A stretch of DNA of 59,484 nucleotides from Lepidodermella squamata (lineage: Eukaryota; Animalia; Gastrotricha): contig JBLDXI010000117.1 in the NCBI GenBank assembly GCA_047495785.1, positions 1 through 59,484 on the forward strand, in the 5' to 3' direction. Positions 11,197 through 19,341 of this stretch are shown piece by piece. A program made the translations under genes and the position numbers. The notes under the pieces were generated by a model. It worked only from the letters and a program-made list of their open reading frames with translations. It was not told the DNA's origin and did no database searches. How positions within the stretch are numbered: position 1 is the stretch's first letter; each line of letters opens with the position of its first letter.

Positions 11197-12987
11197 ATGC
11201 TTACAAAGTCGTGCTATAGCAAGTCTGATTTGGAATTTTTTGACCTGCATGGTTGCCCGCCTATTATTGGCCCTCCTATTCCAGCAAGTGAGTCTCGTGC
11301 GTGGATGATTAGGAATCCAGACAGTAGAGCAATCTTTTTGCGTCTAGAAGCATGTTATCAAGACGCGAGCACTCAGCAGGCGTTACGTGAGATGCTTGAA
11401 GAAGATGCCAAGTCTTATAATGATGATGGTACTCCGCGTCTGCCGCCGAAGAAAAAGCGTAAAAGGCGTAGAAATCGTGGTAAGCGTGCTAGATCTTGCG
11501 CTAATTCTGCCGCGCCTGAATCTTGTGTTAGTGATACAGCCTCTGTTCTTGATGCTAGTGATGGTACATCTGAATCTGACGGTTCTGATACCGCTGACAC
11601 GGTTGTTGATCTTGGTACAGGGCGCGAACCCACCCCTGGCGTTGTGGCTGGCTCAGAGCCGCCAATGCCTCTATGCACTCGCTTTATTTCTAATCCTGGC
11701 CCTGGTTATTCTTGCGCTTCTGGCGTAGTTTCATCGCCTAGTAATAATCCTTGTGAACGTGGTGATTGTCCAATGGCCGTAGATTCAGCTCAGGCTTCGA
11801 ATTCTGCTTCTGGCGTTGTGGCTGGCTCAGAGCCGCCAATGCCTCTACGCATTCGCTCTGCTGTTGAGTCTGCGGTAGAAAATCCTGTAATTTTCGAGGG
11901 ATCTGGTTCCCGCGATTCTGGCTTTGTGATTTCATCAGGCGATGAGCTTTCTCAAACTAGTGAAATTTCTGATAACTGTCTTATTGTCATAATTGATGGT
12001 GTTTCAACAGCGTTTAACACGCCGTTTCTTTGTGTTAAGGAATTGCATCGTGTAGCGCCTACTGTTCGGCACAGCAAGGTGTGGATTTTTCCTCGCGGTG
12101 GTGTCGGCATTATGTGTGGTGATGCCTCGAGTGTGAATGCCGTCTTATCTAAGGCTGGTTGGCCTGATAATGCTTTTGGCGGGTCGGTACGCCCGCATCG
12201 GCCGTCGAAATTCGAACAGCCGCGCGTCGCCAATAACTTACGCATTCGCTCTTGTGATGTAGACCTGCGTAAAGCTGTCTGCACATTTTTCCGCGGCGTT
12301 TCCGCTACCGATATTCTTGAAGATTGGTTTGACGTGATTGACGAGGCTTGGCCGATTCCTAATTTGGCTAATTGCTTCGGTGTGAAGTGTAAATCAATTA
12401 GCATCTGTGAACAACTAGTTTCGTGCGGTCGTTATTTTTTCGGCTTTCATGTTAAGGCGCGGCCGTGGCACTCAACTCCTGTTGTAGAAATTTGTAATCG
12501 CTGTCTATGCGTTGGACATTTCGCAGCGCAATGCCAAAGCGTTCTCAGATGCGCTACGTGTGGTGAAACTGGCCATGATAGCCGTGTTTGTGACAGCACA
12601 TCGCAGCACTGTGCGCGGTGTGGCAACGCCCATTCGGCCTTTTTTCGCGGCTGCCCGCATGTTAAAGCTGAGGCCCAACGTCGCCGCAAGGCGGAGCTGG
12701 CCGAAGCTCAAGCGATCCATAGCAGTAGTAGCAATGATGCGTCCTTTCGTGAAGACGTAGTCGCAGGAGCGGCCGTGCAAGTTCCTCATCTGCCGCCAGT
12801 TTTTCGTGATGATTTGCGCCAAGAAGCTGTTACGTGTGGTGCTTCATGTCTCGAATCTTTTCGCGATATTATTGCTTCGCAGGCAGCAGAAATCGGCCGT
12901 CTAACTAACATGGTAGAGCAATTATCTGCTGTTATTCAGCGTTGTGGGCTGGTTTCATCGGCCGTCAACCATGTATCTGTTCCGTAG
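11197..12987 (+). CDS. Gag-like ORF1 nucleic-acid-binding protein of element A (596 aa, three CCHC knuckles)
   Basis: CNRCLCVGHFAAQC, CATCGETGHDSRVC and CARCGNAHSAFFRGC match the Jockey/I/R1-type ORF1 triple knuckle. Basic NLS-like PKKKRKRRR. Confidence 0.9.
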   Translation: MLTKSCYSKSDLEFFDLHGCPPIIGPPIPASESRAWMIRNPDSRAIFLRLEACYQDASTQQALREMLEEDAKSYNDDGTPRLPPKKKRKRRRNRGKRARSCANSAAPESCVSDTASVLDASDGTSESDGSDTADTVVDLGTGREPTPGVVAGSEPPMPLCTRFISNPGPGYSCASGVVSSPSNNPCERGDCPMAVDSAQASNSASGVVAGSEPPMPLRIRSAVESAVENPVIFEGSGSRDSGFVISSGDELSQTSEISDNCLIVIIDGVSTAFNTPFLCVKELHRVAPTVRHSKVWIFPRGGVGIMCGDASSVNAVLSKAGWPDNAFGGSVRPHRPSKFEQPRVANNLRIRSCDVDLRKAVCTFFRGVSATDILEDWFDVIDEAWPIPNLANCFGVKCKSISICEQLVSCGRYFFGFHVKARPWHSTPVVEICNRCLCVGHFAAQCQSVLRCATCGETGHDSRVCDSTSQHCARCGNAHSAFFRGCPHVKAEAQRRRKAELAEAQAIHSSSSNDASFREDVVAGAAVQVPHLPPVFRDDLRQEAVTCGASCLESFRDIIASQAAEIGRLTNMVEQLSAVIQRCGLVSSAVNHVSVP

Positions 12988-13508
12988 CTTATTTTCAGCC
13001 GTGTGCAAGTCGCTTTATACGCATGAGTGCTTTCGGAACTGCTGTGCTTCGTTGGCTATTGTTATGGGATCTGTTTCTCAGTGTGGTGTTACATGCTTCA
13101 GTTGTTCGTCGCTTAAGGTGGCTGTTCACACGGCGACCTTTGTCATGTATCGCGCTCCCGGGGCGGAACTACTGCTCGCCGCTGGCCTTTGCCTCGGTGC
13201 TGGCAGCCGCCCGGGGTTTCTTGGTTCTTGAATTTTTGAAATGTTGGTGCTTTCGCCTATTCGCCGGGGGATGTAATGTCAGCTGGCGTTTGGGAATGAT
13301 TGCTTGAGATTCGGCTTGGCCGTGTTTTAGCCGTGTTTCTGTTTACGGCGTTGGTACTCCGAACCAGAATCATCAGGGCGTTGAAAGCGGCGCTCTGCGC
13401 TGTGATTCGCCAGATGGCGCGTTGGTTGTCCGCAGCCTAGTTTAGGACGACAACTGAAGCGTATCGGGTCGTGGTTATGATTGGGTTTCACGATAGCCTG
13501 CGAGGTGC

Positions 13509-14060
13509 ATGTTTGTTTCGATCGCTTGGTGTGTTACGACTTTGCCTGGCATTGGTGCCACTGGTGCCTTTTTTCGTAGTTTCCTGGCAGTTGTTCAGCG
13601 TTGTAGTTCATCCTGGCCTGGTTGTACTTCTGGGTATCGTAGTTCTTCTTGGCCTTGCTGTGCTTCTGGCTCTTGTAGCTCTTCTTGGCCTGATTGCGCT
13701 CTTGGCTGTTGTAGTTCATCTTGGCATGGTTGTACTTCTGGATATCGTAGTTCTTCTTGGCCTTGCTGTGCTTCTGGTTCTTGTAGTTCTCCTTGGTCTG
13801 ACTGCTCTGGTTCTCGTAGTTCTTCTTGGCCTTGTCATGCGTCTGGTTCTCCTAGTTCTTCCTGGTCTTGCTGTTTTTCTTGGCCTTCTCGTCGCTTTCG
13901 GTCTGGCTATGCTGATGGCTCTGGTTCTCTTTGGCCTAGCGGGGCTTCTGGGCGTCGTACATCTTCTTGGTCTTGTGGTACTCCTTGGCCTGGGCCTTGT
14001 AATGGAATTGGGCCTCGTGGTTCTTGGTCTAGCTGTTCTTCTGTTCGTCGTTGCTGGTAG
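13509..14060 (+). CDS. Possible Ser/Cys/Trp-rich repeat protein (183 aa, CSSSWP repeats)
   Basis: ATG start. Several repeat-to-repeat differences are synonymous in this frame, but other frames are also open. Confidence 0.3.
   Translation: MFVSIAWCVTTLPGIGATGAFFRSFLAVVQRCSSSWPGCTSGYRSSSWPCCASGSCSSSWPDCALGCCSSSWHGCTSGYRSSSWPCCASGSCSSPWSDCSGSRSSSWPCHASGSPSSSWSCCFSWPSRRFRSGYADGSGSLWPSGASGRRTSSWSCGTPWPGPCNGIGPRGSWSSCSSVRRCW
13600..14045 (+). repeat. Degenerate ~36-nt tandem repeat inside element A
   Basis: Units such as TGTAGTTCATCCTGGCCTGGTTGTACTTCTGGGTAT and CGTAGTTCTTCTTGGCCTTGCTGTGCTTCTGGCTCT. Confidence 0.85.
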
Positions 14061-14183
14061 CGGATGGGCCCCGGGTGGCGACACGCTTCGGCGGTGGCCC
14101 GGGGCGGCAATTGCGGTGTTAATCGTCGTTGCAGGCAGCGGTTGGACCCCGGGTGGCGGCACGCTTCGGCGGCGGCCCGGGGT
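14046..14183 (+). repeat. Two 78-nt-period GC-rich repeats, each a hairpin capped by cUUCGg
   Basis: GCCCCGGGT...CGC-TTCG-GCG...GCCCGGGGC (14068-14105) and ACCCCGGGT...CGC-TTCG-GCG...GCCCGGGGT (14146-14183). Confidence 0.75.
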
Positions 14184-14343
14184 GTTGGCGCTGTTGGCTG
14201 TCCTCGGCTGTTGGCTGCCCTTGGCTGCTTTATGAACTATTGTAATATTGTAATGTGGCTAACTCTTTGCTATGATCACCCAACTACGCTTGTCTGTGTA
14301 ATTTTATCGGTTTGGTTGGTCAAATTTTTCTGAATTCCTAATC

Positions 14344-14387
14344 AATAATCTGCTATTTCTCGATATTATTCTGAGGTTAGTGTCCGT
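14344..14387 (+). ncRNA. Diverged SL-a-like gene carried inside element A, 5' part (continues 22451-22482)
   Basis: AATAATCTGC...TTCTGAG|GTTAGT, then after removing B, TGCTGTCT..TAGAATGCGCGG. The same blocks occur in the same order in SL-a. Confidence 0.6.
14377..14387 (+). repeat. Left TSD of element B copy 1 (11 bp)
   Basis: TTAGTGTCCGT is repeated at 22440-22450, directly after the poly(A). Confidence 0.92.
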
Positions 14388-14553
14388 TTAATATCTGCGA
14401 TTGAATATTAAATTTTCTGAGGTTAGTATCAACACCACTTCGACTGTTGTTTGCTAGTTTGCCGGTTCTGCGTTGACCATATACGCTGTTCATTATTGTT
14501 TAAATAAAATAATTTTCCTTTTTGAGATTTCGCTGTCTAAGCGAATTTTTAAA

Positions 14554-17500
14554 ATGTTAATGTTTTCCGCTGTCGGCGCTGGGCGCGACGAGTTGTCTTT
14601 ATTGAAAATAGAAATTTCTGAAAATTTTAAAAAAGTTGTCTTAGTTCCTGCTACCGATGCGAGCGAGTGGCTGGCCGAGGCTGACGAGGCTGTCGATGCT
14701 GATTTCCCGTTGTTCGGTGGTGATTGCGTTGCTAATACGCCACCCCGAGCGACGGTTGCAGGCGAGATCGACGATGCCCGAGCTGAGGCTGATGTCACGG
14801 CGTTCGGCAGTGCCAGCGTTTCGAAAACGCCACTCCGATCGCCGGCTGCATTGCTTCGCGATAGCAAGAACGAGCAACGCCCTGGAAAAAAAGAGTTTCC
14901 CTTAATTTTCTTTTTATTGACTGGGCTAGCCGGTTTTTATTTTGCTCTTTATGGCTCCGAGCCGGTTTTCGACTCTGTTTTTGCTCGGTCGTCAGGGCCT
15001 TCTGCTCGGGCGATCGAAGACGTTGTTGATTTTCACGGCACGTATTTATTGCCGAAGCCTTATGCGTCGGTAGTAGTAACCGCTCCTAGCGGATCACGGC
15101 CGGTTTTTAGCTCTGATTTTTGCCGTTTGCAAAGGCCTTCTGCTTCAGCAGACGTGTTTTTTATGGAATTTCTTTTTGATTTTATGTCGAAGCACTCAGC
15201 GTCGGCATATGTAGCCGCTCCTAGCGGATTCCCGACCGATCGCGTCGGTGTAGCTGTAGAGTTGTCGAGCGCATCCGATTTTGCGATGCCCTTAGACGTC
15301 CGCGGCCGCCCCTGCGACTTGTCATTTTTTCCTGAATTTTTTGATAATTTTTGTCCGCTGTCCGCTTTTTCCGGTCAATTTTCTCTGACCGTCCTTTCGG
15401 ACAGGCAGCAGATGTTGTTTTCGTACTACGGTGCTGACGGCGGCACGTGGATGCGTGATAACACTGTTGTTTTTCTCAGCGGTGCGGCGCTTCACGCGAC
15501 CGCTGTCGTAACAGCTGGTGTTGTTTTGTTCGAAAAAGCGGTGTTGCTCGTATTGCTAGCATGGCGCACTGTTTGCACTGGTTATGGAGAATTCCTAATT
15601 CTTCAACTTTTGTTTACGCAGGCGGCTGGCTGTTTAGCTTATGGTATTTACTTTGTTGTTTTTGTAAAAGTTGTTAAAAAATTACAAAAATTTGCTTCTG
15701 TTTTTGATACGGATACGAGCAAGCGGCTAGCAGGCGATATCGAGGCGAATGATCGGTGCTGTTTGACTTGTTGTTTGGCATGCTGCTTGGCTGATGGTTT
15801 TACTTTTATCGCGAAAAGTAAAATTTTTAAAAAATTGAAAAATTTTGTCTTTGTTTTTGAGACGGATACGAGCGAGCGGTTGGCGAACGAGGCGGTCGAT
15901 CGAGGCTGCTTGGCTTGTTGTCTGGCTTGCTATCTGGCCGTTGGTTTTGCCTTCATCGCTGAAATTAAAATTTTTAAAAAATTAAAAAATGTTGCCTTTG
16001 TTTTCGACAAGAATGCGAGCGAGCGATTGGCCAAGGCGGACGAGGCGGTCGATGCGGACGTCACGTCGTTCGGCGGTGACAGCGTTACGCGAACGCCACT
16101 CCGATCGGCGGCTGCAACTGCGGTCGACAACGCCCGGGCTGAGGCTGACGTCACGGCTTTCGGCGGTGATAGCGTATCGAGAACGCCACCCCGACTGCCG
16201 GCTGCATTAACGATCGAACCTGAGGCTGATGTCACGGCTTTCGGCGGTGCCAGCGTATCGAGAACGCCACCCCGACTGCCGGCTGCATTGCTGCGCAAGA
16301 ATGGACAACGCCCACTTAAAACCGAGTTTTCCTTAACTTTCTTATTAGTTAGCGGGATAGTCGGGATTTATTTCGGGCTTTGTGGATCCGAATTTGCTTT
16401 TGATTTTGCCCGTTCATCAGGGCCTTCTGCTTTGATGAACGGTGACGCTTTTGTTAGATTGCCGTTACTGCCGAAGCCTTCTGCGGCGGCTCTAGTAGTA
16501 ACCGCTCCTAGCGGAACTGAAAGTGTTGACTTAGACATCGTTGGCTCGGTGGGTTCGGGACCGTCGTTACTGCCGAAGCCTTCTGCGGCGACAGTTGTAG
16601 TAACCGCTCCTAGCGGAACGCGGTCCGATAGTGTGATAGTTGCTTTTGATTTTGCTCGTTCATCAGGGCCTTCTGCTTTGATGAACGGTGACGCTTTTGT
16701 TAGATTGCCGTTACTGCCGAAGCCTTCTGCGACGGCCCTAGTAGTAACCGCTCCTAGCGGAACTGAAAGTGTTGACTTAGACATCGTTGGCTCGGTGTGT
16801 TCGGGACCGTCGTTACTGCCGAAGCCTTCTGCGGCGGCAGTAGTAGCAACCGCTCCTAGCGGACGATGCATTTCCCGCGACTTAGCATTTCCTAGCGGAC
16901 GATGCATTTCCCGCGACCTAGCATTTTCTCTTGAATTTCTCTCTATTTTGAGTTGCTGTTACGCCCCGCAGTACAGCGCGGGTATACTTGATAGCGCTGT
17001 TAGAGCGATTTTGTGGAAGATGGTATGCACTGTTGTTTTCCTCAGCGGGGCGGCGCTTCTCGCGACCGCTGTTGTAAGGATTCGAGTATTGACGGCTGCT
17101 TGTGATGTGGTGTGTGATATGGTCATGTCGCTCGGCCATTTTTGTTTCCTGTTTGGTGTTCACCCAGGTGAACGCGAACTTGTAAAAAATCACGTGAAAA
17201 ATGACAAAAATGATAGCAAAATTGATCTAAGGGATAAAGTCAGGCGTAGCGAGTCCGTAGAAAGGTCGAATTTGTTCGAGGTTCTTCGGTTGCGCGGTGG
17301 TGCCGGACGAGATGAGAACGAAGAGAGACAGAGAGCAGAAGAGGATAGAATTCGAGCAGCATGGGAAGGTGAAGGCGCTGATGAGACTGTCGAGCGGCCG
17401 CTAGACCAAGGTGAAGTCAGGGACATGATTCAAGATTTGACGGCTGGTGAAGACACGCCGATGGATCAAGGTTCGGTGAAAGGCGCGACCAGTGACCGAA

Positions 17501-19341
17501 AGCGACGTGCCGGTGATGGCATGTTTGTCAACCTTAGCGAAGCGCCTGACTTTACTGGCATGGAATCCTCGGTTTCCGAGTCAGACATGAAGTCAGCGAA
17601 GTTTTTGAAGACTGATGGTGCGAAACCGGCGGCCGAGAAGAAGACCGTGACGAGGAAGCCGGTGGCGAGAGGAAAAGAGCAGAAGACAGTAGAGGAAGAT
17701 AGCCGAGGTAGCCAAGAGGGTCAAGGAGAATTCATTACTGTGACGGCGAAGAATCGTCGACAGCCACCGGTTCAGACGGCGAACCAGGGCGGCGCTAAAC
17801 CAGGCAACTGGCGAGGCAAACCGACGATTAATTGGAAGTTGAGCGCGATGGTGGATCGAATCGATGGCCAACGATTCAATAGCGAGTATCTCATGAATCA
17901 AGAAGTTCACAGGATAGCACCGAGTGCCCGGGTTGTGAAGATGCTGCCGAAAACGAAAGGCGGTTGGCAGATTGTTTTTGCCGACGAGGCATCTATGAAA
18001 GCATTTTACGAAAGCCCGTCATGGAAAGACCCGTCAAGGCCGGCATTCGGGGCAAACGCGAACGCCCATCCTCCGGCGGCTTTAGCTGGTGAAAAACCGA
18101 AAGTTCAAGCGGACTTCAAGCTTGAGGAACGCAAAGTGAAAGCCATCGACATACCGTCGTCGGCGCCTGTTGAGGATGTAGTAAAGTACTATAAGGAGAA
18201 TTTTGGAGCAGTTTTTGTGGTGAAGCTGAAGCAGGGCAGGCCTGGCTACAGCACGTACCTTATTGAGTTCAAAACTAAGGACGAAGCGGACGCCCAACTG
18301 AGAAATGGTTTTATCGGCTTCTTTGCGTTGACGAGCAGAGTGCAGCAAGTCAAAGACTATAGCCCGCAAGTGAAAATTTGCCAGCGGTGCCAGGGTAGTG
18401 GCCACTCCTGGACGGCATGTAGCCAGACGATAACCTGTCCCGATTGTAGCGGTGAGCACTTCAGGGGCGACGAAGCTTGCCCGGTGGTAATTGCGAAAAA
18501 GGCTTGCGTTGAGCAAGGCCTGACGGACGAAGCGGCGAAGGCCAAAGTATGTGAAGCGATGCGGTGTCGCAACTGCACGCAGAAACACACCACCAACTAC
18601 GCCGGATGTCCGTACGTGCAGTATGTAAGAGATGGTTTAGCGAGAGATAAGAGAAGGCAGTTAGCGGAAGCAGAGGCGATCAGGGCAAAGGCCAAGGCTG
18701 AGGCGGAGAAACGCGCTGAAAAGCGTGTTGAGAAAACTGTGGTCAAGCCAACCACAGGAGGACCCAATGGCCAAGGGTCGGGGACGGGCAAGCCAGCACA
18801 GGGTTCGAGCCAGCGAGTAGCGGGACAGCAGTTGAGCAAAAGTCAGCGGAAGAACAGGCGAAGGCGGGTGCGTAATGCGGCTAAGAAGGCTGCCGAGACT
18901 GGTAAGAAGGCACCAGTAGTTGAGCAGGTTGAAGCCGGGGCCGAGTCCGATTCGGAGTCCGAGGCAGAGTCGTCGATGGATGTGTCGAGGATTAGCAATA
19001 GCGGGTCAACGAGCAGTCGCTTGGGTGCCAGTCAGGACGAGCGACGTCAGGATGGTTCCTTGCGTGCCAGTCAGGGCAAGGGCCGTTCGGGCAGCGAGTT
19101 GAACAGTAATTCAAAAGAGCTTTTGAACGATCTGTGGGGCCGCGCAGCAGTTGCAGCGGCCAGTGTTATTTTTTCTGAAACGTCAGGAACCAAATTTGTG
19201 GCGCAAGTAAGCTTAATTCTGTCGAAAATGGCCGTGATGAAATATCAGGGCCAGACTGATATGCAAGAATTCAGCTTCGATTTGGCATTTGAGAAAGCTC
19301 AACAGTACTTTGTGGCGATCCAAACATGCCAAGATCAGTAA
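14554..19341 (+). CDS. Element B ORF1: hydrophobic repetitive N-terminal extension, LRLRGG motif, Gag-like domain with CCHC knuckles (first ATG 14554; frame open from 14473)
   Basis: Knuckles CQRCQGSGHSWTAC, CPDCSGEHFRGDEAC and CRNCTQKHTTNYAGC. The frame stays open in both diverged copies. Confidence 0.85.
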   Translation: MLMFSAVGAGRDELSLLKIEISENFKKVVLVPATDASEWLAEADEAVDADFPLFGGDCVANTPPRATVAGEIDDARAEADVTAFGSASVSKTPLRSPAALLRDSKNEQRPGKKEFPLIFFLLTGLAGFYFALYGSEPVFDSVFARSSGPSARAIEDVVDFHGTYLLPKPYASVVVTAPSGSRPVFSSDFCRLQRPSASADVFFMEFLFDFMSKHSASAYVAAPSGFPTDRVGVAVELSSASDFAMPLDVRGRPCDLSFFPEFFDNFCPLSAFSGQFSLTVLSDRQQMLFSYYGADGGTWMRDNTVVFLSGAALHATAVVTAGVVLFEKAVLLVLLAWRTVCTGYGEFLILQLLFTQAAGCLAYGIYFVVFVKVVKKLQKFASVFDTDTSKRLAGDIEANDRCCLTCCLACCLADGFTFIAKSKIFKKLKNFVFVFETDTSERLANEAVDRGCLACCLACYLAVGFAFIAEIKIFKKLKNVAFVFDKNASERLAKADEAVDADVTSFGGDSVTRTPLRSAAATAVDNARAEADVTAFGGDSVSRTPPRLPAALTIEPEADVTAFGGASVSRTPPRLPAALLRKNGQRPLKTEFSLTFLLVSGIVGIYFGLCGSEFAFDFARSSGPSALMNGDAFVRLPLLPKPSAAALVVTAPSGTESVDLDIVGSVGSGPSLLPKPSAATVVVTAPSGTRSDSVIVAFDFARSSGPSALMNGDAFVRLPLLPKPSATALVVTAPSGTESVDLDIVGSVCSGPSLLPKPSAAAVVATAPSGRCISRDLAFPSGRCISRDLAFSLEFLSILSCCYAPQYSAGILDSAVRAILWKMVCTVVFLSGAALLATAVVRIRVLTAACDVVCDMVMSLGHFCFLFGVHPGERELVKNHVKNDKNDSKIDLRDKVRRSESVERSNLFEVLRLRGGAGRDENEERQRAEEDRIRAAWEGEGADETVERPLDQGEVRDMIQDLTAGEDTPMDQGSVKGATSDRKRRAGDGMFVNLSEAPDFTGMESSVSESDMKSAKFLKTDGAKPAAEKKTVTRKPVARGKEQKTVEEDSRGSQEGQGEFITVTAKNRRQPPVQTANQGGAKPGNWRGKPTINWKLSAMVDRIDGQRFNSEYLMNQEVHRIAPSARVVKMLPKTKGGWQIVFADEASMKAFYESPSWKDPSRPAFGANANAHPPAALAGEKPKVQADFKLEERKVKAIDIPSSAPVEDVVKYYKENFGAVFVVKLKQGRPGYSTYLIEFKTKDEADAQLRNGFIGFFALTSRVQQVKDYSPQVKICQRCQGSGHSWTACSQTITCPDCSGEHFRGDEACPVVIAKKACVEQGLTDEAAKAKVCEAMRCRNCTQKHTTNYAGCPYVQYVRDGLARDKRRQLAEAEAIRAKAKAEAEKRAEKRVEKTVVKPTTGGPNGQGSGTGKPAQGSSQRVAGQQLSKSQRKNRRRRVRNAAKKAAETGKKAPVVEQVEAGAESDSESEAESSMDVSRISNSGSTSSRLGASQDERRQDGSLRASQGKGRSGSELNSNSKELLNDLWGRAAVAAASVIFSETSGTKFVAQVSLILSKMAVMKYQGQTDMQEFSFDLAFEKAQQYFVAIQTCQDQ

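Noticed and set aside
11636-11848. 38-bp direct repeat inside element A ORF1 (GVVAGSEPPMPL twice) considered as LTR or TSD
   Set aside because: It is an in-frame internal duplication in a low-complexity linker, not an element boundary.
13600-14045. CRISPR-like periodicity (~36 nt)
   Set aside because: Contiguous degenerate tandem repeats without unique spacers, in a eukaryotic context with no cas genes.
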